DNA of 64,000 nucleotides, from NCBI GenBank assembly GCA_964550935.1, contig CAZKBB010000005.1, positions 1,705 to 65,704 on the forward strand, written 5' to 3'. Position 1 is the stretch's first letter, and every line of letters starts with the position of its first letter. Source of the DNA: an uncultured Caulobacterales bacterium. GTDB taxonomy: Bacteria > Pseudomonadota > Alphaproteobacteria > Caulobacterales > Maricaulaceae. Below, one piece after another: positions 8,891 to 18,037 of the stretch. The notes beneath the pieces are model-generated. The model saw nothing but the letters and a program-made list of their open reading frames with translations. It searched no databases and was not told the DNA's origin. The position numbers and the translations under genes are program-made.

Positions 8891-9361
8891 CTACTCGAAC
8901 CCGCCCGCGTCGAGACGGCGCTCCAGCTTGTCGAGCAGCGCCATCAGCGTGTCGCGCTCCTCCGCCGAGAAGCCGTCCAGAAGCGCGGTTTCGTACGCCA
9001 GCGCCACAGGCGCGACCTCGGCGTAAATCGCTTCGCCATCGCCCGTCAGCGCAACGTCGGAGGCGCGCCGATCGTGCTCGCGGCGCTTTCGCGTGACAAG
9101 GCCCCGCTCGTCCAGCCCGCGGATGGCCCGGCTCACCGTGACCTTGTCCATGGCGGTGGCCTCGCACACCGCCTGAGCCGTCATGGGCGCACCGGCGCCC
9201 AGCACCGCAATGACGCGCCACTCCCAGATCGACAGCCCGAAGCGGGCTTGATAGGCGCGCGCAATCAATCCGGAGACGCGGTTCGACGTCACCGACAGCC
9301 GGTAGGGCAGATAGGTGGGCAGGCTGAGCGCCCGCGCGCCGGGGTCTTTCACATCCGTCAT
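8891..9361 (-). CDS. MarR-family transcriptional regulator
   Basis: 156 aa winged-helix protein: WRVIAVLG...MTAQAVCEATAMDKVTVSRAIRGLDERGLV. Confidence 0.85.
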   Translation of the reverse strand: MTDVKDPGARALSLPTYLPYRLSVTSNRVSGLIARAYQARFGLSIWEWRVIAVLGAGAPMTAQAVCEATAMDKVTVSRAIRGLDERGLVTRKRREHDRRASDVALTGDGEAIYAEVAPVALAYETALLDGFSAEERDTLMALLDKLERRLDAGGFE

Positions 9362-9410
9362 GGGAACAGACTGGAGCGGGTCCGGTTCCGCTTCAAGCGC
9401 CGCCCCCCGC

Positions 9411-9474
9411 CCCGGCCTCCCCCGAGGGGGAGGGAGGGCGCTTAGTGGCGGGACGACCCACGCGGGGTGAGGCC
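9411..9474. repeat. REP-like hairpin repeat (family 2)
   Basis: CCTCCCCC-ga-GGGGGAGG palindrome at 9416-9433. The tail cggggtgaggcc (9463-9474) is the exact reverse complement of 56248-56259. Confidence 0.45.
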
Positions 9475-9475
9475 C

Positions 9476-10552
9476 TTACTCCGCCGCGTCGGTTTTCGGC
9501 TTGACCACGCCGCGGCGGATCTGGTCCAGCTCGATGGACTCGAACAGGGCTTTAAAATTGCCCTCGCCGAAGCCCTCATTGCCCTTGCGCTGGATGATCT
9601 CGAAGAAGATCGGGCCGATATTGGTCGTGGTGAAGATCTGCAGAAGCAGGCCGTCGCCGCTTTCCGGATCGCCGTCCACGAGGATGTCGTTCGTCTTCAG
9701 GCGTTCCAGATCCTCGCCGTGGCCCGGCACGCGCTCATCGACCAGCTCGTAATAGGTCTCCGGCGTGCTCTGGAAGATCACGCCTTGCGCGCGCAGCTGC
9801 TCGACCGTTTCGTAGATGTTCGAGGTGGTCAGAGCGATGTGCTGGATGCCCTCGCCGTTATACTCGCGCAGATACTCCGCGATCTGGGACTGGTCGTCGG
9901 AGCTTTCGTTCAGCGGAATTTTCAGCTTGCCGCACGGGCCGGTCATGGCGCGCGACAGAAGGCCGGTGTGCTGGCCCTGGATGTCGAAATAGCGGATTTC
10001 ACGGAAGTTGAAGACGTCCTCGTAGAAGCCCGCCCAGGTGTCCATATTGCCGTGGTGAACGTTGTGGGTCAGGTGATCGAGGACTTCCAGCCCCGCGCCG
10101 CCGGTGTCCTCAGCGCCCGGGATCGGCTCGAACACGTCATCGTAGATCGTCTGGTCATGATATTTGTCCACGAGATAGAGCACTGAGCCGCCGATGCCCT
10201 TCAGCGCGGGCGCGGTCTCGCCATCGGTCCAGATCCCCTCGCCATAGCTTTGCGCCCCGCGTCTCAGAGCCTCGGCGTAGGCGGCCTTGGCGTCCTTGAC
10301 GCGAAACGCCATGGCGTTGGCGCTCGGCCCGTGGGCTTTGCGGAACTCGGCGGCCTGGCCGGTCTCCTCACGGTTCACCAGGAAGGTGATGTCGCCCTGC
10401 TTGAAGCGGGTGATGGCCTTGGTCTTGTGCCGGGCGACCGGGGTGAAGCCGAGCAAGGTGAACAGCGCCTCGAGCTTTTCCGGCTCGGGGCTGGTGAACT
10501 CGACGAATTCGAACCCGTCAGTGCCCAGCGGATTCTCAAACAGATCGGCCAT
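9476..10552 (-). CDS. hppD: 4-hydroxyphenylpyruvate dioxygenase
   Basis: 358 aa: MADLFENPLGTDGFEFVEFT...GIQHIAL...FFEIIQRKG. Confidence 0.92.
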   Translation of the reverse strand: MADLFENPLGTDGFEFVEFTSPEPEKLEALFTLLGFTPVARHKTKAITRFKQGDITFLVNREETGQAAEFRKAHGPSANAMAFRVKDAKAAYAEALRRGAQSYGEGIWTDGETAPALKGIGGSVLYLVDKYHDQTIYDDVFEPIPGAEDTGGAGLEVLDHLTHNVHHGNMDTWAGFYEDVFNFREIRYFDIQGQHTGLLSRAMTGPCGKLKIPLNESSDDQSQIAEYLREYNGEGIQHIALTTSNIYETVEQLRAQGVIFQSTPETYYELVDERVPGHGEDLERLKTNDILVDGDPESGDGLLLQIFTTTNIGPIFFEIIQRKGNEGFGEGNFKALFESIELDQIRRGVVKPKTDAAE

Positions 10553-10632
10553 GGTCGCGCTCCTTCATGAAAGTCCGCGGGGCCGCCGGCGCGCTTGATC
10601 GCGCGCGCGGCCTCGCGCATCGTTCACTCGTC

Positions 10633-10661
10633 GAAAATAGTATCATTTGCAACTAAATTCA
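10633..10661. promoter_or_regulatory. AT-rich patch in the hppD/maiA divergent intergenic region (possible operator or promoters)
   Basis: gaaaatagtatcatttgcaactaaattca stands out from GC-rich flanks. Only a weak TAGT-N10-ACTA symmetry is present. Confidence 0.25.
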
Positions 10662-10696
10662 TCCCCCGCCCGCCGCGAGGCTGAAGGACGAGCCCC

Positions 10697-11359
10697 ATGA
10701 CCGACGCGCAACGCCCTCTCCTGCATGGCTATTTCCGCTCGGGCACCACGTACCGCGTGCGCATCGCACTGAACCTGAAGGGCGTCGACTACGACTATGT
10801 CCCGGTCAATCTGGTCGCGGGCGACCAGTCGAAGTCGGCCTTCCTGCAGCGCAATCCGCAAGGCCTCGTGCCCGCGTTGGAGACCGCGCACGGGGTGATG
10901 ACCCAGAGCCCGGCCATCCTGGAATGGATCGAGGAGACCTGGCCGGAACCGGCGCTGTTACCCGGCGACGCCGCGCAGCGCGCGCGCATCCGCGCCTTCG
11001 CCGCGGCGATCGGCTGCGACATCCATCCGATCCAGAACCTGCGCGTGCTCAAGCGGGTACGGTCCGAATACGGCGCGGATCAGGACGGCGCGATCGCCTG
11101 GGCGCGCCACTGGATCGAGACCGGCTTTCAGGCGCTGGAGATGTTGGCCGAGGCCGGCGCCGGGTCGAACGGCTTCTTGTTCGCCGATCATCCCACGATG
11201 GCGGAGGTCTATCTCGTCCCGCAGATGTATAATGCGCGCCGGTTCGGGGCGGACTTGTCCGCCACCCCGCGCCTGGTCGCAGCCGACAAGGCCGCGCGCG
11301 CCCTGCCCGCGTTCGCCGACGCCGACCCGTCGGTCCAGCCCGACGCGCCGACGGATTAG
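10697..11359 (+). CDS. maiA: Maleylacetoacetate isomerase (GST zeta)
   Basis: LHGYFRSGTTYRVRIALNLKGVDYDYVPVNLVAGDQ...NPQGLVPAL. Confidence 0.88.
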   Translation: MTDAQRPLLHGYFRSGTTYRVRIALNLKGVDYDYVPVNLVAGDQSKSAFLQRNPQGLVPALETAHGVMTQSPAILEWIEETWPEPALLPGDAAQRARIRAFAAAIGCDIHPIQNLRVLKRVRSEYGADQDGAIAWARHWIETGFQALEMLAEAGAGSNGFLFADHPTMAEVYLVPQMYNARRFGADLSATPRLVAADKAARALPAFADADPSVQPDAPTD

Positions 11360-11754
11360 CGCGCCAGCCAGTCCCCGCTTTCGATCAGGCGCGCCCCGTC
11401 CAGCCCCTTGCGCCAGAGATAGACCCAGGCGCACGCGCCCTCCGGGGTAAGCAGGTCGATCCGCACGCGCTCATAGCGCGAGCGCTCCGGGTCGCCGGGC
11501 CAGTAATCCTCCCAGGCGTCGAGCGTGGGGGTCACGCTTGCGTCGAGCACCTCGAACAGCTCGCCCGCGACCGCGCCTTCACCTTCGACGAGCCCTGGAT
11601 AGGCGCCCAGATCGTAAAGCCGGCCCGGGAGGGTGCACGGGCCCAGCGCCTTGAACGCGCGCGCCAGGCCGAACTTGGCGAAACCCGTTTCGCCGGCGCG
11701 CAACAGCCCGTAGACCGCGATCGCGTCGCCGGTCTTGACCGGGCGATCAGTCAT
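11356..11754 (-). CDS. Gamma-glutamylcyclotransferase / AIG2-like protein
   Basis: IAVYGLLRAGETGF...GRLYDLGAYPGLV...GELFEV. Start taken at MTDRPV. Confidence 0.7.
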   Translation of the reverse strand: MTDRPVKTGDAIAVYGLLRAGETGFAKFGLARAFKALGPCTLPGRLYDLGAYPGLVEGEGAVAGELFEVLDASVTPTLDAWEDYWPGDPERSRYERVRIDLLTPEGACAWVYLWRKGLDGARLIESGDWLAR

Positions 11755-12970
11755 GGGCGCGCTTGCGGATCGCCATGACCCGTCGGTAGGTGAGCGAGCG
11801 CCAGGCCCACTCAAACGGGCCATAGCGGAAGACGCTGAGCCAGAGCACCGAGATCACAAGCTGGGCGATCCAAACCACGATCACGAGCTGGACCTGCTGG
11901 ACGCGCTCAAGCTCGCCGAACAGCCCCAGCCCGATCCCGCCGACCATCAGCACGGTCATCACCAGGGTCTGGGTGAGGTAGTTCGTAAACGCCATGCGTC
12001 CGGCCGCCGCGAACGGCGCGCGCGCCAGGCGCAACGCACCCGCCTTGCACGCCAGCATCACCGCGCAAGCGTAGCCGAACGCGACAGCCAGGCTGAACAC
12101 GTAGTTCACGCCCGCATGCAGCCAGGTTTCGTCGAGCGGGAAGCCGGCTTCGAGCGCGTGCGATCCGGTCTGCCAGATCGGCGCCAGCCCGACGGCCAGA
12201 CCCAGCACGGCGCCGATCGCGTAGGCGCGCGCGCTCCAGCCAAGGGTCAGGAAGCCCAGCTTGTAGAGCGCCATGCCAAGGAACATCACGCCGACGAGCC
12301 GGCCGGCGAACAGCGTCAGGCTCATAAGCTGGCCGAACAGCGCCATCAGCGCGTTCCGCGGGATCCGGTCCGCGAAGCCGCTCTGGTAGGCCGCGATCCA
12401 CGCCTGCAGGTCCTCCGGCGTCGGCGCCATGCCCATGTCGGCGGGGGTGAAGTCGTCCGGCGCCAGCGCCGTGGAGGCGAACAGCCCTGTCATCAATAGC
12501 CCGCTCAGCACGATCCAGAACACCGCCCAGCCGATCAGCTTGGCCGGGCCCATGTGCCGGAAGCGCACCACGATCAGGCCCATGATCGCGTAGGGCACGA
12601 GCACGTCGCCGAACCAGAACACGTAGGCGTGGATCAGCCCGATCAGCAAAAGCCAGATCATGCGCCGCTCATGCAGCGCCACAGATGGGGTGCGCCCACG
12701 CTCCTGGCCGTTCATCAGAACAATCCCCGCGCCGAACAGCGCGGAGAAGATCGTGATGAACTTCAGCTCGAAGAAGACGTGGGAGACCAGCCAGGCGAGC
12801 CCGTTCGCACCTTCAAGCCCCATGTGAGCGGGCGGATACTGATACGCCAGCGGGTGCATGGCGAAGGCCTGCACATTCATCATCAAGATGCCCAGCACCG
12901 CCACGCCGCGAAGGACGTCGAGGCTTTCATAGCGCTGCTTCGCCGTCACCGGCCCCGCCGTTTCGCTCAT
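11747..12970 (-). CDS. DUF418 (YeiB-like) membrane protein
   Basis: RYESLDVLRGVAVLGILMMNVQAFAM, many TM segments, C-terminal GPFEWAWRSLTY. Confidence 0.8.
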   Translation of the reverse strand: MSETAGPVTAKQRYESLDVLRGVAVLGILMMNVQAFAMHPLAYQYPPAHMGLEGANGLAWLVSHVFFELKFITIFSALFGAGIVLMNGQERGRTPSVALHERRMIWLLLIGLIHAYVFWFGDVLVPYAIMGLIVVRFRHMGPAKLIGWAVFWIVLSGLLMTGLFASTALAPDDFTPADMGMAPTPEDLQAWIAAYQSGFADRIPRNALMALFGQLMSLTLFAGRLVGVMFLGMALYKLGFLTLGWSARAYAIGAVLGLAVGLAPIWQTGSHALEAGFPLDETWLHAGVNYVFSLAVAFGYACAVMLACKAGALRLARAPFAAAGRMAFTNYLTQTLVMTVLMVGGIGLGLFGELERVQQVQLVIVVWIAQLVISVLWLSVFRYGPFEWAWRSLTYRRVMAIRKRAHD

Positions 12971-13143
12971 CGCCGCACCGTCCTTCCTTCGGCGAGCGCA
13001 TCGGTCGCGCTCGGTGAAGACGTCTTTACCGTCCCGCGACCGGCGGCGCCAGATTACCAAGAATTCATCAGCGCGCGCCGCAACCGGTCTTGCCTGACCC
13101 CTATACGCGGGTTCATAAGCGTCGGCGAGCTAGGGAGGCCTCC

Positions 13144-13389
13144 ATGCTGAGCGTGATGCTCGACATCGCCCACATCATCCTGTCCGGCGTGCTTGCGCTG
13201 ATCGGCGTCGATTACGACGCCGAGCCCAAGGAGGCCGAGGAGCCGGTGATGCAAATCTCCGCGCCGAGCCAGGACTACGCCTCGATCAGCCCGGCTTCGT
13301 GGACGCCGGACGGCGAGCTTGTCTGGCGCGTCGAGGATGGCGGCTGCGAGACCACCCCGCCCGCTCCCCCACCCGCGCCGACGCTTTAG
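13144..13389 (+). CDS. Small hypothetical membrane-anchored protein
   Basis: Strong SD AGGGAGG 8 nt before the ATG at 13144. One N-terminal TM helix and a Pro-rich C-terminus. Confidence 0.45.
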   Translation: MLSVMLDIAHIILSGVLALIGVDYDAEPKEAEEPVMQISAPSQDYASISPASWTPDGELVWRVEDGGCETTPPAPPPAPTL

Positions 13390-13493
13390 ACCGCACGCGC
13401 AGGCGGTGATCCGGCGCGTGCGCGCCGGGGAAGCCTCGCGCGCCAAGCTCTGGCATAGTGCCCGGTCTCCAGGCGACGGAGTATCGAGGCGAC

Positions 13494-15656
13494 ATGGCCG
13501 CTGACACGCGATCCGACACCCAAAAGACCGGAACAGACCCCGACGCCGGCGAGGACGCCCGCGCAGGCGAGGACGCTGCGCCGGAGGCGTTCTCTGAAAG
13601 CGCCGACGCCCTGCCCGCCACGACCGGGGGGCGCGCCCCCGCGACCGACGCCGCCTTTACGGCCGGAGCCGAGGCCGGCGTGCGCGGCTTCGATCGCAGT
13701 CCGACGCGCAAGGGCGAAGGCGATTCGATCGGCTGGGCCGGCGCGGCCTTCGCAGTGTTGTGGGCCGGCGGCGCGGGCGCCTATCTCGCGGGCTATCTCC
13801 TGCCCGACATCGCCAATCTGTCCCCGGCCCAGCTCGGCGGCTTCGCGGTGTTCGCCGTCGCGCCGGCGCTTCTGTTTGCGCTGGCGGGCCTTCTTGGCCG
13901 CGAAGTGGTGCGGGCCGGCAAGCGCGCTGAACGGATGGAGCGCGCGCTGTGGCGGCTCTCCAGCCCGTCCGAGCGCGCCGAGGGCGAGGTCAGAACGCTC
14001 GCCGACGCCATCTCCGTGGAGGTCGACCGGGTCAACGCCGCGATGGAGAGCGCGCTCGCGCGCCTGGCCGCGATGGAGGAGGTGATCACCCATCACGCGG
14101 ACAGCCTTGAGGGGGTCTCCGGAACCGCGCGCGAGCGCACCGAGGCCGCCGCCAAGGCGCTGCGCGAGGAGCGCGGCAAGCTGTCGGAGATCTCCGACTC
14201 GCTCGACGACAAGGCCGCGCTCATCGCCGCGGCGATCCAGGACCAGTCCGGCATGGTCGCCGAAGCCGCGCGCCTGGCCGAAGCGAGCGCCCAGGACGGC
14301 GAGGCGAAGATCAAGTCCGGCGCCGAGCGCCTCTCTGCGGCGGGCAAGAGCGCGGAGGAGGCCGGCTCTCGCGTGGCCCTGTCTCTGGATGCGCGCTCCA
14401 CCGAGCTGCGCGACTTCGCCGATACGCTGAAGAGCCGAACAGAAGGCCTGGAGGCGGCGTATCTGAAGCATCGCGACCGGCTGAGCGAGGCCGGCGAGGC
14501 GCTGCGCGGGGAGCAGGAAAAGATCGCCGCGGCGCTCGACTTCCACAAGGCCGAGCTGGAGCGCATGTCCTCCACCGCGCGCGACGGGGCGCTGTCGCTC
14601 AAAGGCGCGGCCGAGGAAAGCGGCCAGACGCTCAAACAGGCCGTCGAGGACGCGATCGAACGCGCCTCAGAGATGAACCGCCAGCTTGCCGCGGAAGCGG
14701 ACGCCACGATGCGCGAGCAGGACGCCGCGGTCGCCAAGCTGAAGGAGGCCGCCGAGGCCGCCAAGGTCTCCGCCGACGAGACCGCGCAGCGCTTCGACGC
14801 CCAGGCCGACGCGGCGCGCTCAGCGCTTGAACGCGTCAGCGAGACCGGCTTCGAGGCCGCGCGCCGCTCAGACGAGGCGTTCCAGCAGCGCCTGAAGGAG
14901 GCCGAGACGCTGACCGAGCGCGCCACCAAGGCCGCCGATGACGCCAGCGAGGCAGCGCGCACGCGCATGGAAGCTGCGGTCGAGGCCGCGCGCACCCAGG
15001 CCGAGGCGGTCGACGCCTCGCTCAACGCCCTGCGCGAGCAGCTGGAAAGCGCGCCGAACGAGGCGCGCGACACCGCCAGGCGTATCGAGACCGCGCTCGC
15101 CGACGGCCTGTCGGCGCTTAACAAGTCCGCCGAAGAAGCTACCGAGAACGCGCGCGAGGTCGACGCCCTGTTCCAGGCGCGCATCCGTCAGAACTACGAG
15201 CTGTTGTCCGACTTCATGCTGCGCCTTGGCGCGGTCGCGGGCGGGCGCAAGCCGATCGATATCGGCGCGGACGAACTGCCTGATCCGTTAAGCGCGCGCG
15301 CCACGGCTGAAGCGCGCGCCCGTCGCGAAGCGGACGCGGAGACGAAGACGCCGCTCGACGGCGCGCCAGAGGAAACCGTGAAGCCGCGCAAGGCGGACTG
15401 GACGCCGGCCAAGCCCGCCGCACCCGGCGCGGACGCCGATGCGCCTGATGACGGGCGCGGCGCGGCGCGCAGCGCTCCAAGCGACCGCGAGGCCCCTGCA
15501 GGCCGCCCGGCCGGCTGGCGCTGGAAGGACCTGCTCGCCAACATGGGCCCTGAGGGCGACGGCGAGCCCGGCGAGACCAGCCCGGACGCGACGCCCGCAC
15601 GCAAGGCCGAGCCTGAGACGCGGCCGGAAACCCGCAAGGATAAAAAGCAGCGCTAG
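13494..15656 (+). CDS. 2-TM, Ala/Glu-rich long coiled-coil protein (TipN-like architecture)
   Basis: Disordered N-terminus, two hydrophobic helices (WAGAAFAVLWAGGAGAYLAGYLL and LGGFAVFAVAPALLFALAGLLG), about 450 aa of heptad-like A/E/R/L sequence, and a disordered basic/acidic tail. Confidence 0.7.
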   Translation: MAADTRSDTQKTGTDPDAGEDARAGEDAAPEAFSESADALPATTGGRAPATDAAFTAGAEAGVRGFDRSPTRKGEGDSIGWAGAAFAVLWAGGAGAYLAGYLLPDIANLSPAQLGGFAVFAVAPALLFALAGLLGREVVRAGKRAERMERALWRLSSPSERAEGEVRTLADAISVEVDRVNAAMESALARLAAMEEVITHHADSLEGVSGTARERTEAAAKALREERGKLSEISDSLDDKAALIAAAIQDQSGMVAEAARLAEASAQDGEAKIKSGAERLSAAGKSAEEAGSRVALSLDARSTELRDFADTLKSRTEGLEAAYLKHRDRLSEAGEALRGEQEKIAAALDFHKAELERMSSTARDGALSLKGAAEESGQTLKQAVEDAIERASEMNRQLAAEADATMREQDAAVAKLKEAAEAAKVSADETAQRFDAQADAARSALERVSETGFEAARRSDEAFQQRLKEAETLTERATKAADDASEAARTRMEAAVEAARTQAEAVDASLNALREQLESAPNEARDTARRIETALADGLSALNKSAEEATENAREVDALFQARIRQNYELLSDFMLRLGAVAGGRKPIDIGADELPDPLSARATAEARARREADAETKTPLDGAPEETVKPRKADWTPAKPAAPGADADAPDDGRGAARSAPSDREAPAGRPAGWRWKDLLANMGPEGDGEPGETSPDATPARKAEPETRPETRKDKKQR

Positions 15657-16297
15657 CCGGACGGTTCCGCGTCCGGCGCGATCTCCTCGTCCGTCCAGCG
15701 CGCGAGCTCGCCTGAGACCTGGCGCGCAGCCTCGCCGAACGCGTCCACGATGGCGCTCTGGCGATTGCTGGGCGCCCGCGCGCTCGCGGTGAAGGTCCGC
15801 GCGCCGGCCAGGCGCCGGTGCTGGCTGTCGATCAGTCGCGCGCGCAGGGTGGCCTCCACGCGCGGGGCGGCGTTCTCGCCCTGGTCGTAGACCGCCTCGA
15901 AGCGGGTCAGCTCGGTGCGCAGGCGCCAGTCGTCGTCCACGCCGTCATCGGCGCGCACCGCGGCGAGCCCTGAGGTTTGCGCTCGGAACACTTCCAGCAT
16001 CAGGTCGTGGACCATGTCCGGCGCGGGCGAGATCCATCCCGCCCCGCCCATGTAGGAGATCCGCCCATCGGCCATGCCGAGCGCGATGCGGTCGCTGGCG
16101 AGCCCGCGCGGGGCGAGCGGGCGCTCGATGACGACGACCGGCGCGGCCTCCGCCGGGGCGGCCTGCGCGCTCGTCGCGGGCGGCTCCAGCCGGTAGATGC
16201 GCCGCGGTTCGCTTTCCGGCAGGATCGAGATGCACGCCGGCAGCATCAGCGCGACGAGCCCGGCCGCGGCGAGGCGCAAAATCGAAGCACGGGTCAT
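15653..16297 (-). CDS. ABC-transport auxiliary lipoprotein (PqiC/DUF330-like)
   Basis: Lipobox LPAC. Last gene of the Mla-like operon, with a 4-nt overlap to the MlaD-like gene. Confidence 0.7.
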   Translation of the reverse strand: MTRASILRLAAAGLVALMLPACISILPESEPRRIYRLEPPATSAQAAPAEAAPVVVIERPLAPRGLASDRIALGMADGRISYMGGAGWISPAPDMVHDLMLEVFRAQTSGLAAVRADDGVDDDWRLRTELTRFEAVYDQGENAAPRVEATLRARLIDSQHRRLAGARTFTASARAPSNRQSAIVDAFGEAARQVSGELARWTDEEIAPDAEPSG

Positions 16298-17250
16298 TGG
16301 GGCACCTCCACGGTTTCTCCGCGCGGCTGGGACACGAAGCCGGCCGGGTCGTCCTCCACCTGCAACGCGATGCGCTCCAGCGCGGCGATCAGGTTTTCAA
16401 GATCGCTCGCCGCGGCGGTGAGCGCGTCGAGCCCGTCCTCGCTGAACGCCTCCACCTGCGGGCGGATCGAGACCAGCGCGTCATAGGTCTCGGTGGAGGC
16501 CTGGTTCACTGCGATCGAGGCGGCGGTGGTCTCCTCCACCATGGGCGCGACCTGCTCGACCAGGAAAGTCTCGGTCGTGGCGCCGAAGGATTCGATGGCG
16601 GCGGCCGCAGTGGAGATGTCGGCGGCGGCCTCGTCGAGCGACCGGATCGCGCCGCGCAGGTCATCGACCAGCGCCTCCTCGCCGGCCAGCGCGCCGGAAA
16701 GCGTCTCCAGATTCTCCATCGTGCCGGAGAACTGCTCCAGGTTGGGATCGCTCAACAGCCGGTTCAGCCGGCTCAGCACCTGGGCGGCCCCTTCCAGCAC
16801 GGTCTCACCGCCGGCGAACAGCTCCTCAAGCTGGGCCTGGCGGGCGTAGATGCGCGGCGGCCGGTCGCCCAGGCGGCTTTCAAGCGGTTGAGCGCCCGGC
16901 GATCCGCCGGAGATCTGGATATAGCTGAGCCCGGTCAGGCCCTGGGGTTCGAGCTGGGCGAAGGAGTCCACCTTCACGGGGGTCGCCGCGTCGATGCGCA
17001 CGCGCGCGATCACCTCGTTGGGGTTTTCCGGATTGAGCCCCAGATCGGTGACCTCGCCCACCTGGATGCCGTTGAAGCGCACCTCCGAGGAGGTGCGAAG
17101 GCCGCGCACCGGCCCCTCGAAGACCACGTCGTATTCCTTGAACTCGCGGTCGAGCGAGATCTGACCGAGCCAAAGCGCGAAAAAGCCCCCGGCCGCGACC
17201 AGGAACACCACGAAAAACCCGACAAGAGCGTGATGGGCTTTGGTCTCCAT
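16294..17250 (-). CDS. MlaD/MCE-family substrate-binding protein
   Basis: N-terminal TM helix, then YDVVFEGPVRGLRTSSEVRFNGIQVGEVTDL. Confidence 0.85.
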   Translation of the reverse strand: METKAHHALVGFFVVFLVAAGGFFALWLGQISLDREFKEYDVVFEGPVRGLRTSSEVRFNGIQVGEVTDLGLNPENPNEVIARVRIDAATPVKVDSFAQLEPQGLTGLSYIQISGGSPGAQPLESRLGDRPPRIYARQAQLEELFAGGETVLEGAAQVLSRLNRLLSDPNLEQFSGTMENLETLSGALAGEEALVDDLRGAIRSLDEAAADISTAAAAIESFGATTETFLVEQVAPMVEETTAASIAVNQASTETYDALVSIRPQVEAFSEDGLDALTAAASDLENLIAALERIALQVEDDPAGFVSQPRGETVEVPQ

Positions 17251-17272
17251 GAAACCAGGCCTCCTTTACGGC

Positions 17273-18037
17273 TCAGCTCCTTAACACGGCCCGCCCGCGC
17301 GGACCGCCGAAATATTCCTGGATCCAGGGATGGTCGTTCGCGGCCACCTCCGCGAGCGGCGCCACGGCCACCACCTTCTTCTCCGCCAGCACTGCGACGC
17401 GGTCGCAGATCGCGTGCAGGCTGTCGAGATCGTGAGTGATCATCACCACCGTCAGCTCCAGCGTGTCGGAGAGCTCCTTGATCAGCGCGTCGAAATTCGC
17501 CGCCCCGATCGGGTCCAGCCCCGAGGTGGGCTCGTCCAGGAACAGGACTTCAGGATCAAGCGCGAGCGCGCGCGCCAGGCCGGCGCGCTTCTTCATGCCC
17601 CCTGAAAGCTCAGCTGGAAACTTCGCCGCGGCATCGGGACCGAGCCCGACCAGGCCGATCTTCATGTCCGCGATCTCCTCCATCAGCTTGACGGGCATCG
17701 AGATGTGCTCGCGCATGGGCGCCATGACGTTCTCCTTCACCGTCAGAGAGGAGAACAGGGCCGAGCCCTGGAACAGGACGCCCCAGCCGCGCTCCAGCTG
17801 GTCGCGCTCTGCGCGCGGCATGCGCGACATGGGCCGGCCTTCATAGAGGATCTCCCCGCCGTCTGAGCGTTTCAGACCGAGGATGGAGTTCATCAGCACC
17901 GACTTGCCGGTGCCCGAGCCGCCGACGATGCCCAGGATCTCCCCGCGGCGCACCGCCAGGTCGAGATCCTGGTGCACGACATGGTCGCCGAAGCGCGTCT
18001 CGAGCCCGCGCACGTCGATGAGCGGGGTCTCGCTCAT
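17273..18037 (-). CDS. ABC transporter ATP-binding protein (MlaF-like)
   Basis: Walker A GGSGTGKS, signature LSGGMKKR, Walker B LFLDEP. ATGA overlap with the upstream permease gene. Confidence 0.9.
   Translation of the reverse strand: MSETPLIDVRGLETRFGDHVVHQDLDLAVRRGEILGIVGGSGTGKSVLMNSILGLKRSDGGEILYEGRPMSRMPRAERDQLERGWGVLFQGSALFSSLTVKENVMAPMREHISMPVKLMEEIADMKIGLVGLGPDAAAKFPAELSGGMKKRAGLARALALDPEVLFLDEPTSGLDPIGAANFDALIKELSDTLELTVVMITHDLDSLHAICDRVAVLAEKKVVAVAPLAEVAANDHPWIQEYFGGPRGRAVLRS

Noticed and set aside
13386-15184. Long antisense ORFs (386 aa and 363 aa) inside the coiled-coil gene
   Set aside because: They are Ala/Ser/Arg-rich mirror translations of GCN-rich codons, with no start context or motifs. 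Only the sense frame has TM helices and heptad character.
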